From positions 1-64,000 of the forward strand of contig JAIVFI010000029.1 in assembly GCA_025558095.1 (NCBI GenBank): a DNA stretch of 64,000 nt, read 5' to 3'. Position numbers and translations under genes: made by a program. The notes under the pieces are model-generated. The model had not been told where the DNA came from, did not search any database, and saw only the letters and a program-made list of their open reading frames with translations. The stretch comes from Hyaloraphidium curvatum SAG 235-1 (Eukaryota > Fungi > Monoblepharomycota). Positions 11,094-24,033 of the stretch are shown here, piece by piece; positions within the stretch are counted from its first letter, which is position 1; each line of letters opens with the position of its first letter.

Positions 11094-11364
11094 GGTTGAC
11101 GTGGCGGTCGGACCCGCGCGACACCAGAAGCGTGCGGCGTCGGAGGTATCCGAGCTCTGGCGGAGATTCCGCAGGCCCACAGAAATGATTTCCGGAGTTA
11201 GCCAGCGAGCTGAGGAGCGACGATGGCGGCTGTTTCGTGGCGGCGCCTCCTCCTCTGAGACGGACCTGCGGGCCGCGAAAAGAACCGACCGGCCCCTTCC
11301 TTGGATACTTCTTTACCTCCTCCGTCTTCTTCCCTACGCTCTCCTTGCTCTTCCCGTTGCCGCG

Positions 11365-12785
11365 ATGTCCGCCGCCCCGGCCACCATGAAGGCCGCGGTC
11401 CTCTCGCCCCCCGACGACGCCAAGAACCCCGACTACGCCGTTGCCGCCATCACCGACGTGCCGACCCCGAAAATCGGCAAGGACGACGACGTGCTGATCA
11501 AGCTCCATGCGGCGGCGCTGAACCATCGCGGTCGGTGGCCTTTTGGGGTGTGGGAGGCAGGTCCTGACGCGTCCCCAAACCGAACCGGCGCGTGGGACGG
11601 CGAAAAGACCACTGGATCCGGAAGCTCGTGTACACCCGCGCCGCGACCAAGTTTGGGAGCATCCTCGCCGCCGACGGTACCCGTTCCCTCCCTCCGTCTC
11701 CGTTCCCGGGTGACACCGCGCCCGACAGGCATGGGCACCGTCCACTCCGCCGGTGCCTCCCCCGCCACCCAATCCCTCGTCGGCAAGCGGGTCATGGTCA
11801 ACTGCTCCTTCGGTTGGGAAAAGGACCTGAAGGGTCCCGAGGCGGGGGACAAGTACGGCCTGCTCGGCTATTTGCCGCTGCCGGGGACGCTGGCCGAGTA
11901 CCTGGTGGTGCCGGCGGGGCAGTGCAAGGTGGTGCCGGAGTGGATGTCGGACGAGGAGGCGGCGGCAATACCCCTTGCGGCGTGGGTTTCGTCCGCAAGC
12001 ACCTCGCCGGGGGAGTGACACTCACCGGCTCCGAAGCCTGACTGCCTGGCGGGCGCTCTTCACAAAAGGCGGCCTCGCCCCAACCCCGACTGCCGGCCCT
12101 AAGCCGCGGGTGCTGATCTGCGGGATCGGCGGCGGCGTCGCGCTGTTTGCGCTGCAGTTTGCCGTGGCGGCGGGGGCCGAGGTGTACGTGACCAGCTCGT
12201 CCGAGGACAAGATCGCCAAGGCCAAGGGGCTGGGCGCCAAGGGCGGTGTGAACTACACCAAGAGTAGGCCGCGCAGCATGTCGGGCTTGACGGCAGCATC
12301 TTACGCGGACGTCCGTGCTTCACAGCCTCGTGGCCGCAGGACCTCCTCGCCGCCATATCCGCGCAGGGCAGCTCGCGCAGACCGGGCGTCGAAATCATCA
12401 TCGACGGTGCCGGGTTCGACGTGGACGGGATGGAGGCGGTCTGCACGACGGGGGCGTCCATCGTGACCTGTGCGTAGGCGTGCCGGGCCCCCTGTCAACC
12501 GCTGACGCTCCCTTCCCGGCAGACGGCGCGACCGCGGGGCAAAAGCAGAGCATCTCCATCACCCCCCACTTCATCAAGCAGATCGAGTGGAAGGGCACCG
12601 CGATGGGGTCCAACCTCGAATGGGACGCGTGCGTCGACTTCATCGCGCAGCACAAGATCCGCCCCGTGGTCGCTGCGGTGTTCAAGGGGCTCGAGCAGAC
12701 GGATGCCGCGTTCGCGGAGATGGCAGCGGGGAGGCAGTTTGGCAAGCTGGTGGTGACGATCGGGGGCGGGGCGGCGTCGCTGTAG
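11365..12785 (+). CDS. Medium-chain dehydrogenase/reductase (NADPH:quinone oxidoreductase-like), multi-exon
   Basis: VLIKLHAAALNHR, GTLAEY, AAAIPLA|LTAWRAL, VLICGIGGGVA and GRQFGKLVV, with several short introns. Confidence 0.92.
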
Positions 12786-13125
12786 CTGTTTGGAGGACAT
12801 TCCATCTCCTCTGCAGATCATGGTTTTCCGTGTCCCCGGTGTACCCGGATGTCACTCGGGATCGGCACCCGAAGCGCATCGGCTGTGACGTGGTTATTCG
12901 AAGGGCCCACCGGCGACCGTCCCTACAGCTCGATCCCCTGTTTCTCGCATCGCGCGCCGGCGGCCTCCTGCCCGCGCCGGCAACTCTGCCTTCTTCCTGC
13001 GGCCCCTGCCGCTCAATCGGGCGCGCCCTGCCGGCGCCCGGACCGCGCTGCGGGTGGACACCGCGGCCGACCCGCCCCGACCCCGATAGCGCCCCTCCGG
13101 CCGCCTCCCTCCCCGCCCCGCCGCG

Positions 13126-14186
13126 ATGGCCGGCATCCCCACCTGGGACGAAATGACGAGGTCCGTCAGCGCTGCGAGCCCGCGGCAGCTCATGGTCGGC
13201 GCGGCCACAGCCCTCGACGCGCGTGGGTACATGGCACCCCGCCTTGAATCGCTACAAGCACCCCTAACCGAATCTCTTCCGCCGTCAAGTGTTCCTGATA
13301 TTCATGGCGTTTGCCGCCTCAGGCCCGCTGGGGCTCCGTTCCGTGTACTGGGGGATGTACACCGAGGCGCAGGTGGGACGGCCCCGCTCTCCCTTCCGGA
13401 CACATCTGACCCCGCCGCGCGATCGCCAGCTGGGTAGAGACCCCCGCCGCGGCACCTTTTATGCCGGCGTGTGGGGCAACTGCCGCCGCACCGGCGGCCT
13501 GCGCCTTCAGCAGGTCACCTGCTCCTTCTGGACCTCGGACCCCTCCGTGGTCCCCGACATCCTCCCCGCCGCCTTTTTCGACTCCCTCACCGCGCTGCAG
13601 GTTCTGTCGGGGGCGGCGGCGGTGCTGGGGTTCGTGCTGCTGGCCTACAGGTTCGACAGGGTGCCGCTGCTGGCGTGCACGGCCGCGTGCCTGGCAATGT
13701 ACCTCGTCGTCTTTGCGATGACGACGTGGGCGACCCTCGACCTGGGCAACCACCTCAACTCGTACGACTCCTACTCCTCCGGGCCGGGCATGGCACGTGG
13801 GTTCCTTTCCGGCGGCACATGGCGTCTTCGTGCTCACTCACCCGTGCCGCGTCTCGCGATCAGTCGGCTCCGTCGCCCTCATCCTCATCGTCGCCTCCAC
13901 CGTCCTCCGTGCCCTCTCCCTCCGCGCATCGGACGGCGCTCCCCACGCGCGGCTGGACGACGAGGCGCGCGTGCCGATGGCCGAGACCTCCTCGCCGGGC
14001 GACCACCTCCCGGCTGCCGGGCCGGTCGCCCCGCCGTCGGCCGAGTTCGACGCGGATGCGGTCAAGGGCAAGATTGCCGCGCAGATGGCTGCCATTTCGG
14101 CCTCCAAGCTGCCCTCGGGGAACGTGTTTGCCGAGGGGGAGGGGGAGGCGGAAGAGGAGGAGGAGGGGAAGCCGATGATGGGCTAG
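13126..14186 (+). CDS. SUR7/PalI/claudin-like four-TM membrane protein, copy 1
   Basis: FLIFMAFAASGPL...YWG...GVWGNC motif, hydrophobic helices, and intron positions shared with three paralogs. Confidence 0.65.
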
Positions 14187-14414
14187 GCGAGCGGCGGCTG
14201 CAGGAGACGGGCTCGATGCCGGTGTGCCGCTCTGCTTGGGGTATGAACTACGTGGCGCACTAGATGGATGTCTCTTCCGTCCGCCCGAGATCGCACATCT
14301 CCGTCCGGGGGCGCTCTGGGACGACGTTGCAACGAAGAATCGTGTTTAGCGCGGCGCACGGTAGCTCGGACGCCTATGCGTAGGTCTTGTCGCGGCGCCC
14401 GCAGCACGTCAACG

Positions 14415-15323
14415 ATGGAGGACTACGTCGCCAGGCTGGCCGTGCTCCGCTTCGGCGAGAGACCCATGACGTGCGAGAGGAGCTTTCAGTTCCTTGCGGA
14501 GGACGTAAGGAGTGCCGTCGCGGCCGACAGGGCGCTGGAGGAGCTGCCGGAGCTGCGTGCTTTCAAGGAGTCCGTTGTCGATTCCAGAAAGTGGGACTGC
14601 TTCGTCTGCGGCGGACTCCATGGCGTGGAGAACGTCACGTGGATCGCTCTGCCGGAGCTTCCCAAAGGCGACACCAAGATCTCGCTTTTCGTTATGTGCT
14701 ATCCCCGTTGCGGAAACCCCGCATGCGTTGAGGAGACCGCAGACGCTATTGAGCGAGGGAAGCAAGCGATCGCCAAGAGTACCGTTGGGGTGGCTCTTGG
14801 GACGAAGGAACGCGTCCGCGTCTCGTTCTGGGGTGCGCAAGGCGTCGCGCACACCCACCGGCCGCTGATAACGACGGGGGACCTCTCCTCGAGGATCAGG
14901 GCGATTTTGACATTCCAACACCTTGTGGACTCGTGGCATGTGGCCCCATCAGGACGCAGGGAAAGCCGCTGGGATTGCGCCTCATGCGGCGCCGCGGCAT
15001 CCGCCTACTCGCTGGCTGTTTCCGAGGACCAGGCCGACGAGGGACCCGACCCGATCCGATGGGCAGTTGACGTGTTTCCCTACTGTGAGGACGACCAGTG
15101 CCGCCAGCGGGCCGTGGCGGCGGCGAGGGAGCTGGCTGGCGACGGCCCCGAGGGTTTTGCAGAGGGAAGCGTGTGTGCATGGTGCCCGTCCTTCTCGACC
15201 GACGGGACGCGCGGCATGCAGCGTTGCGGACGGTGCAAGCCCATTCGATACTGCTCTGCCGAGTGCCAGCGGGCGCACTGGCCGGAGAACAAGGCCGCCT
15301 GCGCGCCGAAGGACGGCAAGTGA
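14415..15323 (+). CDS. MYND zinc-finger protein with two N-terminal Cys4 repeats
   Basis: Intronless ORF ending in CAWC...RCGRCKPIRYCSAECQRAHW. Confidence 0.88.
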   Translation: MEDYVARLAVLRFGERPMTCERSFQFLAEDVRSAVAADRALEELPELRAFKESVVDSRKWDCFVCGGLHGVENVTWIALPELPKGDTKISLFVMCYPRCGNPACVEETADAIERGKQAIAKSTVGVALGTKERVRVSFWGAQGVAHTHRPLITTGDLSSRIRAILTFQHLVDSWHVAPSGRRESRWDCASCGAAASAYSLAVSEDQADEGPDPIRWAVDVFPYCEDDQCRQRAVAAARELAGDGPEGFAEGSVCAWCPSFSTDGTRGMQRCGRCKPIRYCSAECQRAHWPENKAACAPKDGK

Positions 15324-15564
15324 CGATCGGGCGGGGAAGGCAAGGGGATCGCGGGGAATCAAGCGCAGGTCCGAATGGAATGACCAATCAGCTGTCTGTC
15401 GCAGAAGTCAAGTTAGACCGTGTCCCCCGATTCCGGTGTGACCGAGAGCCTCCGAACCTCCGAGAGCGAGGGGGGCAGGCACCGGTCCGCGGGCCCAATC
15501 GCGCCATCTGCTGGCCACCGTCTCCCACTCTCTTCCCCGCCCCCGCCCCGTCCTGCGCCCCGCC

Positions 15565-16902
15565 ATGGCCACATCCATCGACGCCGAAGCAGCGGCGCTC
15601 GGCCTGCGCTGGGCGCCGCTCGAGACCGTCTCGCTCGCCGCGCCGCCCGCCGAGGCCGCGGCGGCGCTGCTCCGCGCGTGCACGACCGCCGGCTTCTTCT
15701 ACCTCGTGGACCACGGCGTGCCGGCCGAGGAAGTGAAGGAGCTGTACGGCCTTGCGCAAAAAGTGCACGAGGAGGTGCCGCTGGAGGAGCACGTCAGGTA
15801 CAAGAGCTCGGCCGCGGTGGACGGCAACTACGCCGGCTACGTGGGGAGCGACACCTCGGATTCGGGCGTGGCTGGTCTGTGCCTTGCACTTCCAGCAAGT
15901 CTCATTGCTCACCGCTGGGAGCAGCCTACTACAACATGGCGAAACCTGGAACCGGCCTCGAGAAGCCCCTCCCCGCCGTCCTGGAGCGCCGCGCCGAGCT
16001 CCTGACGCGGTTCCAGCAGCGCTGCCTCGAGGTCAACGACCGCGTGCTGCGGCTGCTCAGCCTGGCGCTCCAGCTGCCGGAGGACTACCTGTCGCGGATG
16101 CACGCGGGGGTGTCGGGGAGCCACCTGAGGCTCATGTGGTGGGTTGTCCCCGTCCGCCACCGATAGTCGACGGTGGTGCTGATGGGGTGCGGCAGGTACC
16201 CGGCCAGGGAGGAGGCGCGCGACGCGGAACTCGGCAACGTGCGCGTGTCGGGCCACACCGACTGTGGGTTCTTCCTTGCCGTCAACCCCGCCGAGCTCAA
16301 GCTGACGGGCATCCCCATCGTGGCAGACGGTTCGATCACCATGATGTTCTCGCCCGAGGTCGTCGCCCTGCAGGTGCTCGACAATGCCGACGGCGAGACG
16401 TGGCGCTTCGTCAAGCCGCTCCCGGGCGCGCTCGTCTGCAACATCGGGTGAGCGACCCAGATCCCGCGCCCTCTGCCGCAACCCCGTTCTCACCACCCTT
16501 TCCCCCCTTTCCAGCGACACGCTGCAGTTCGTCACCGGCTCCGTCGTCAAATCCACGCAGCACCGCGTCGTCCGCCCCCCCCTCCCCTCGCAATCCTCCC
16601 GCCCGCGGTACAACGTCCTGTACTTCCTCCGCGCCGACGACGCCTGCCCGCTGCACCCCGTCCCATCCCCCCTCGTCCCCGCCTCCGCGCGGGAGGCCGA
16701 GGGGGTGGGGATGAAGGCGGGGGAGTGGGTCGCGGCGAGGGTCAAGGCGACGGTGCGGATGCGGGGGTACGGGGGCAAGGTGGACGGCGGGGACAAGGCG
16801 GCGGAGGAGTACAACCGGCTGCAGAGGGTGGTGAACAAGGGGCAGGGCAGGGAGGCGTTGCCCGACTCCTACCCCGCCGTGGGGCCGGGGAGCAGGCTCT
16901 AG
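15565..16902 (+). CDS. 2-oxoglutarate/Fe(II) dioxygenase (IPNS/clavaminate-synthase-like), multi-exon
   Basis: ACTTAGFFYLVDHGV, LRLM|YP, GHTD, LVCNIG|DTLQ, HRVV and RYNV. Confidence 0.92.
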
Positions 16903-17097
16903 ATCCGCGTATCCTGCCTGCCAAAGTGTACCGGGCATGTCGGTACCGCGAATCCATGCCATATGTGTGTCAGAATGGCCGGCCGCCAGTAGTCCCGCCC
17001 GTAGTCGGGGTCCAGCCCCCCAGCGCGCGTGCCCAAACACCCGACCCCGAATCCCGCCCTCCCTCCCCCCCGCGCGCTTCCTCCCGCGCCACCAGAG

Positions 17098-18157
17098 ATG
17101 GACCACCAAAAATCCATCGTCTCCTTCGAGCTCCGCGCGCCCCGGGCGAAGGTGCTCCTCGCGGCGGCGGTGCTCGACGTCGGTGGGCCGCGGCCAAACA
17201 CGGGCGCGCGCGCGGGCTGACGGGCTCCCCTGCTTTTGCCTTGCCCGCATTCCGTGCATTCAATGCGCGCGATGCTGCGGCGGCGGTCCTCGGCGGACGG
17301 CGGGCGGAATGCGCGGCAGCGTTCCTGGTGCTCATGGCGGTTTCGGGCGCGGGGCCACTCGGGAACCAGTGCGTCTCTTCCGGGCCGGAAAGCCGGCGGA
17401 ATCTGACCGCAACGGTCCCCGTAGATCGCTCTACTGGGGCCACTACTCGAACGCGCGGGTGGGCGGCACCGCGGGCCCCGCTCCGGCCTGTGCGCTGACA
17501 GATGCCCCCCGCCCAGATACCCAACAACCTGGCCGCGACGGACCTCTGGACGGGCATCTGGGGCACCGTCCGCGAGAACAGCATGATGATCGTGTCGAGC
17601 AACTGGTGGAACGACCCGTACTTTTCGCCCATCTACGGTACCCTTCCCCTCAATCCCCCTCCTCGGACGCTGCTAACCACGAGAGACAGGCAACGCGTAC
17701 TTCTACGCCATGGTCACGCTGCAGGTCGTCGCCGGCACGACGCTGTGCTTCGGCGCGCTGACGCTGGTGCTGATGAACCCCGTGCCGCTGATGCTCGCCA
17801 GCGTGTTCTCCACCGCCGTGTACATCCCCGTCTTCGGTACCCCGCGCCCGCCCCGCACTTCCGCCGCCCAATCGTGCTGACCCCGCTCGAATCCCCGAAG
17901 GAATGATGGCCTGGCTCAACGCGGACGTCGGCACCAAGATCGCACCGTACTCCTCGTACTCCTCCGGCCCCGGGCTGGCCTGCGGCGCCGCCGCCCTGGG
18001 CTGCGCGCTGCTCTCGACGGGGATCAAGTTCCTCGTCACGCGGATGCCGCCCGCCGCCGTGAGCTCCGCGGAGAGGGAGAAGGAGGCGCTGGAGAGGGGG
18101 CCGCCGTCTCCCAAGGGGGAAGTGGCGGAGGGGCTGCAGAAGCCGGTGCAGCTCTGA
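17098..18157 (+). CDS. SUR7/PalI/claudin-like membrane protein, copy 2
   Basis: FLVLMAVSGAGPL, YWG, GIWG and YSSYSSGPG shared with the paralogs; multi-exon. Confidence 0.65.
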
Positions 18158-18280
18158 GCGGAATCGGGGGATGCGGCGACGTGGAGGCCGCGGTTGCGAT
18201 TTGGATACCCGGGATTCCGTGCAGCGTGTATGTCTGCTGTTGTCGCGATACGACGGCCTTCTACTCGACGACGCCTGCGA

Positions 18281-18348
18281 TCATTTGCCCTCCCGCAGGC
18301 GCGCAGGCGGTCTGTGCTCCGGGCCCTCTGGCACTCGGCCGAGCAGTA
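18281..18348 (-). pseudogene. Relic 3' end of a MYND-family gene
   Basis: Reads YCSAECQRA. The DNA matches the end of 14415-15323 with a short deletion. Confidence 0.6.
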
Positions 18349-18478
18349 ACGTTCGGTTCCCAAGAGTCTCTTTGGCGTCCGTGACCAGGAGGATCGGCCC
18401 GGTCGAATGGGGTGTCGGTGCCGCGCCCGGGGCTATCCTAGCCATCACTCACGTCGGCTTGGCGCAATCTTCCCCTGC

Positions 18479-20527
18479 TCAATGCGTCGCGTCCAACGCC
18501 CTACTTCCCTTCCCCCCGCGGCCGCCGCCCTCCGCCGCCTTGGCATCCGGCCCGCTCCGTCCAAAACCCTCGGCCAGCATCCTGTCCGACAGCATCATCG
18601 TCTCCGTGAAGGCCTTGCCCAGGTCGTCCGCCGCGTCGGCCGCCGGAGCCGGTGAGTCCCGCGGGGGCGAGAACTCGGCGGGGTCGACGCCAGTCCCGGA
18701 AAGCAGCGCGACGAGGGATTCGTATATCCTCATGCCTGCCGTCACGGATCGAGGCGATTGTCAGCAGCGCACACCTGAGAGGCCGCGCGAGGCGCACGTA
18801 CCCGCGGGCTGGATCTCGAAGAAGGCCTTGTTGAACCGCAGCCCGATCCGAATGTTGTCCAGCACCGCCCCCGCGCTCCCCGCCCTGGCCACCGCCGCCT
18901 GCAAGCTCACGACCCTGAGCGCCGCGACGCAGACGACCTGGTTGCACCGGTGCAGCGTCGGGTCCCTCTCTAGCAGGGCCTCCATCAGCCTCGTGGCGAC
19001 GATGCCGGCTTCCAGGGCCGCGTGCAGGGGCTGGGAAGTGAACAAGGCCGGGGTGGCGGCAGCGGTGTTGCCCTGCACCCACGAGGAGATGGCGAGGGCC
19101 TGCAGGGAGATGAGCATCGACAGGACGGCCTCGGCGGCGCCGTCGCTGCCAAAGTAGGTCGCGGCGCCGGCGAAGAAGGCCGCCGTGTCGCCGATGGCCA
19201 GCTCGGTACCGATGGGATCGGGCATCGCGAGGTGGATCTCTGCGACGAGGCGGCGGACGAGCTCGATCCGCGCGCGGTGCTCCGCCTCGGAGGGCGTATC
19301 GACCGAGGGGTCTTGGGCGGCGAGGGCGAGCAGGTCGAGGCCCTCCTTGGCGGCGAGCTCCCTCGCGCGGGTTTGGAGCCCCGTGAGGAGGTCGAACAGG
19401 TAGACGAACACGGCCCGCCCGGCGCGCAGGGAGAAGAACGCCCCCACGAGCCCGCGCACCACCTCCGCGCACGGCTCAAACTCGGGCCGGAGGGCGAGCA
19501 ACGGCGTCGGATCCGCCATGATGCGCTCCCCCGGCCCCGCCCGGAACAGGGCAAACGCCCTCCCCGCATCGGGCACGTCGAAGAATGATTCGTGGCACGG
19601 CAACGGCACCTTCCCGCCGTGGTAATCGAACGGCGGCCTCTCCGACGCCCGGTTGAGCATGGAGGCGATGTTGGACTCGCTGTGGCCGACGAGGACCGCG
19701 CAGCGGATGGCCATCTCGGAGGAGATCCACGAAACAGCGTCCGTGGGGGCGAAGGCGCCCGAAAAAGGGATGCCGTCCGGGCCCGTGACGCTCCGGAACA
19801 CGCGGTCCAGGAGCTCCCGCGCCCTGCTCCGCGCGGCGGGGAGCTCCGCCACCATGCCGTAGCCGAGGTAGTGCCTCAGCAGGTATGTGGACACCTGCGC
19901 CGCTTCCAAGACGGTCGTGTCCGGCGCGTCCGTGCCGTCGAACGCGGCCCGGAGCAGGTTCTCGGCCTGGGTGAAATAACGCTTTACCAGCTTCCACCGC
20001 CGTTCGCGCGTCAGGCTAGGGTCCCGCAGGAACGACCCGCCGTTGGCCGCCAGCACGCACATGAGCGCCGCGGGCTTGTCGGCGCCGTAGACTGGCGAGG
20101 GCGATTGCAGAAAGGCGGATTCGAATGTGCCGCGGTGCACGATGCAGCCGGGGTAGTGTGTGGAGTCCCAGTGCAGCGCGATGCAGGCAAAGAGGAAGTC
20201 GGGGCGGGCCAACGGGAGCTCCGTTGTGGCGGGAACCGCGTCCGATGCCGGCGATAAGTCGCCCGACGTCCCCGACGACGAGGTCGCGGCCGGCGTCGGG
20301 GGCGCCTGCGGCCGGGCCCGTTCGGCGCCCTGCTCCTCGCAGACGCGGCCCAGGCGGGCGCATCGTTCGCACGGAGTCCCGGGCGCGGCCGATTTCCACA
20401 CGCAGCGTTTTTTGTGCGTATGGCAGGATAAGCAGGCCGGCCGCGAAGAAGTGGGAGCTCGCGGCCCCGTCGGAGACGCGTCCGCCGGCGAGGCCCGCGG
20501 GGCCCCGGCGGGCAGCTGGCCTGACAT
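18479..20527 (-). CDS. Zn(II)2Cys6 fungal transcription factor
   Basis: ACLSCHTHKKRC...PCERCARLGRVC plus a middle homology-like region (IVHRGTF, LPCHE). One intron near 18750-18800. Confidence 0.88.
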
Positions 20528-20963
20528 CGAGGGAGAAGCGCTTCCGGCGACGCGGCGGTACGTCCGGACGGCCGCGATTGGGCGAAGCTGGGGCGAAAAA
20601 CGGGCGGGCTAATCCGGTAAGAGCCGGCCACCGACTAGGTCACGAAAATCTGGGGCGTTGCAACGAATCGCGGGCGACGATACTGATCGGTCGGTCTCAC
20701 TGCGTAGCACCATTTTCGAAACAGCGGAGGCCCACCACGGAAAGCAAGCTGTTTGGGCGCCGAAGGAGGTCAGGTGAGTCCCAGATCCTGGTCGCAGGCA
20801 GGAACGCGGATAGTTCACTATAAAGCGCCGATGCTCATGGAGGTGATAGCTGGCTGTCGGTTCCGGAAGTTGAAGTCTGCCGTACATACGATGCCGGCGT
20901 GGAGGTAAACACGGCGACGCTACCAGCGACACGTCACACGCGGCCTCCCCGCACGGAGCGACG

Positions 20964-21890
20964 ATGCAGACCACCACGGTCGAGCTCATCGTTCTGCGCG
21001 GCAACGATGCGCCCACCGTTTTCGAGCGCGACGTCGCGGTGCCGGCCGACGCGGTGCCGCGGTGGCCGCACCCCCCCGTGAAGGGCTGGTCGCGCGGGAC
21101 GGCCGGCGTCCGCCGCTTCCGCGACGAGACGGTCGGGGCGCGCGCGTTCAGGTGCCTGCGCTGCGGTGCGCGCGCGGCCGATGCGGCGGAGCTCGCCGTG
21201 GCGACGCCCTTCGGCGCGCACGTCATCGTGCTGCTCGCCCCGCACTGCGGCGCACGCGCGTGCGCCGACAACTCCTCGGGCTTCCTCGACTTCTACTGGG
21301 AGGAGAAGCGCAAGGAGCTGCTCGACTCCCCCGGGGTGCCGACTCGGGCCGTCTTCACGCTGTGGGCAAACGACGGCGCCGTCCGCTCGGAGTGCTCGGA
21401 TAGTGCCGTCTTCTCCCAGGGCGATCACGGGCAGTCGGAGAAGGCGGCGAGGGCCTTGCAGAATCACATTCCTTGGCTGCGGCAGCAGCGCACTGTGGAC
21501 TTCGGGGGCACATGGACCTGCGCGGGATACGCCCGGGAAACCAGCGCCTACGTCCTGGCAGCCGCCTCGGATCGGGACAGATCCGGCGTGTGGACTGCAG
21601 ACATCTTTCCCCGCTGTGATGGCGGTTCCTGCCGGACCCTCACCGCATCCCTGGCCGATGCCCGTGCCGGAGACGCGGGTTCGACGGTCGAGGGGTGTTT
21701 CTGCGCCGCCCCCGGCTGCCGCTCGCTCGCGAACGACAGGGGAAAAGGGATGCAGCGCTGCGGGAGGTGCAAGGCGGTGCGGTATTGTGCGGCAGCGTGC
21801 CAGAAGGCCCATTGGCCGCAGCACAAGGCGGTGTGCGTGCCGAGGGAGTCGGGCGATAGGACCGAGGAGGTGGCGCCGGCACCGATGTGA
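20964..21890 (+). CDS. MYND zinc-finger family protein
   Basis: CAAPGC...QRCGRCKAVRYCAAACQKAHWPQHK, with the same N-terminal repeats as its paralogs. Confidence 0.88.
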   Translation: MQTTTVELIVLRGNDAPTVFERDVAVPADAVPRWPHPPVKGWSRGTAGVRRFRDETVGARAFRCLRCGARAADAAELAVATPFGAHVIVLLAPHCGARACADNSSGFLDFYWEEKRKELLDSPGVPTRAVFTLWANDGAVRSECSDSAVFSQGDHGQSEKAARALQNHIPWLRQQRTVDFGGTWTCAGYARETSAYVLAAASDRDRSGVWTADIFPRCDGGSCRTLTASLADARAGDAGSTVEGCFCAAPGCRSLANDRGKGMQRCGRCKAVRYCAAACQKAHWPQHKAVCVPRESGDRTEEVAPAPM

Positions 21891-21948
21891 TTCGATGTAC
21901 TACGCACGACCTTCTATGGACGAACCGTACTCTGATCTGCAGATTCCA

Positions 21949-23789
21949 CTACGGCCTGTACCCTCCCTGCTGCTGCTGCCCCCCCAGCAGACCCGACAGG
22001 GAACCCCCCTGGAGCAGCGACCCGAACAGGCTGCCGAGCCCTCCCTGCTGCTGCTGCTGCGGCTGGCCACCGAAGCCCTGCTGCGGCTGGCCGAACCCTT
22101 GCTGCTGCTGACCGAAGCCTTGCTGCGGCTGGCCGAACGCACCGCCCTGCTGCATCCCCGGCGGCGCAGGGTTGGCCACCACGCCCTGGCCGGGCCCGCC
22201 GGCGACCTGGTCATGCCTTACTGGTACGCAATCAGGACAGAAGTCGTAGTTGCTCGTGACGGGGCTCGCGTCAGCGACAGCGGAGCGCGGGAGGCGACTA
22301 CGCCACTCACCACTGCCCGCACCGCGCGTGGATCTCGCCCTCGGGCCTCTTGCGCCCACACTTGTCGCACGAGTAGTACGTTTTGATCATAGCGTGCGCC
22401 ATCTGGTGCCCGCGGGGGCAGATCGGCAGCCCGCCCGGGATCCCGCCGGGCATCCCGCCGCCGGGCATCCCGCCGGGCATGCCCGGGTTCATCCCCCCGG
22501 GTCCGACGGGGCGGCAGTTATTGCAAAAGTCCACATTGTCGGCATCGCAGCGGTCTTCCGGGCGCCATCATCAGCCGGGCCCGAGCGGAGCATCGAGAAG
22601 GGAACCAACAGTGCGGCTCGCCGACCTGCATCCTCTGCGCCCCGCACCCGTCGCACGAGTAAGGGGTGTTGACGCTCCTCACTGCCATCTGGTGCATCGC
22701 GTTCTTGGGGCACTGGGTGGGGTTCATCCCGCCCTGCTGTCCGCCCGGGAACCCGCCCGACGTGAACTGCACGGGCTGGTTGAAGTTCTGGTTGAACTGG
22801 TTGGGCTGGTTGAACTGGTTCGGCTGGTTGAAGTTCTGCTGCTGCTGGGGCTGGAAGACGCCTTGGTTGAAGTTGGGGCCCGAGGGCTGGCCCGGGAAGC
22901 CGCCCTGGTTGAACTGATTCTGCTGGTTGAACTGGTTCGGCGGGGGCTGGTTCCACTGGTTGCCGCCCTGGTTGTTCCACTGGTTGCCGCCCTGGTTGGA
23001 GTTCCACTGGTTGCCGTGCTGCTGGTTGGCCGCGGCGCTGCCGAGCATGCCGCCCAGCAGCGCGCCGATCCCCGAGCTCGACCCCGTCGAGGCCGCCGAC
23101 GACCCGCCGAGCAGCGACGACAGCAGGTTCGACCCGCTGCTCTGCTGCGGCTTCTGTTGCGAGGAGCCGAGGCTGCCGAGCAGGGAAGAGAGCATGTTGG
23201 ATCCGCTCTGCTGGGCCTGGGGGGTGGTGCCGCCGCCGAGAAGCGCAGCGAGGGGGTTGGACTGCTGGTTCTGCTGCTGGGGCTTGGAGCCGCCCATGAG
23301 GGCCATCAGCGGGCCGAGCATGTCCTGCAAACGATGGGAGAGGCGTCATCCGATGACTAACGATTGACTTGTACGATGGAGACCCACCAACGAAGAGGAC
23401 CCTCCCGACGAGGACTGCGACCCCATGCCCATGGTCGGGCCTCCGAAATTGGGCGCGCCGCGCGTGCTCGCAATCGACACGCCGCCCTCCTCGGCAGCAG
23501 GTGCAGCGGCAGCACCGGTGGCAGCGGCCGGCGACGCACCGGCCTCGACGGCCTTCTTGCGGAGCTCGGCCACGATGGTGTTGAGCTGCTCGATCTCGGC
23601 GTAAGCCGCGGGGTTTTTCTCCTTGAGCTCCTTGAGGAACGCCGCGGCCTCCTCCTCGGACACCGTGCCGTCCTTGTTGGCGTCGGCGCCGGCGAGCAGC
23701 GCTTCCATCGAGGGCGGCGCTGCGCCAGGGGCGGGGGCCGCGGCGGCGGGCGCGGGGGCCGCGGCGGGCGCAGGCTGCGCGGAAGACAT
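21949..23789 (-). CDS. EF-hand, Q/N/G-rich low-complexity region and two Cys/His zinc-finger (C1/ZZ-like) modules
   Basis: DANKDGTVSEEE loop; NQPNQF and GNQWN repeats; two CPxxH...CDxC...CxxC modules; three probable introns. Confidence 0.7.
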
Positions 23790-24033
23790 CGTCGGCCTAA
23801 AGGAAAGCGCGATTCGGCGGGCCGGAAGGTCGATGCGGTCGCGGCGGGTCCGGAATGCAGTGTGGACGGCAGACGGCAGGGACCGCGTGGACCCGTTCAG
23901 GGACGCCGTGCTTTTCGAATCTGCTGAGCCTGCGCTAGTCGTTTTTGCCACTCGAAAGCCTACAATCCTGATTTCTTGATCATCCAGGGAAGACATTTCC
24001 GCACTGAGCTGCCCGACGGGAAGCAGCCGAGCC

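Noticed and set aside
22770-23010. Short periodic repeats as a CRISPR array or satellite
   Set aside because: They encode NQPNQF and GNQWN peptide repeats; there are no spacers or cas genes.
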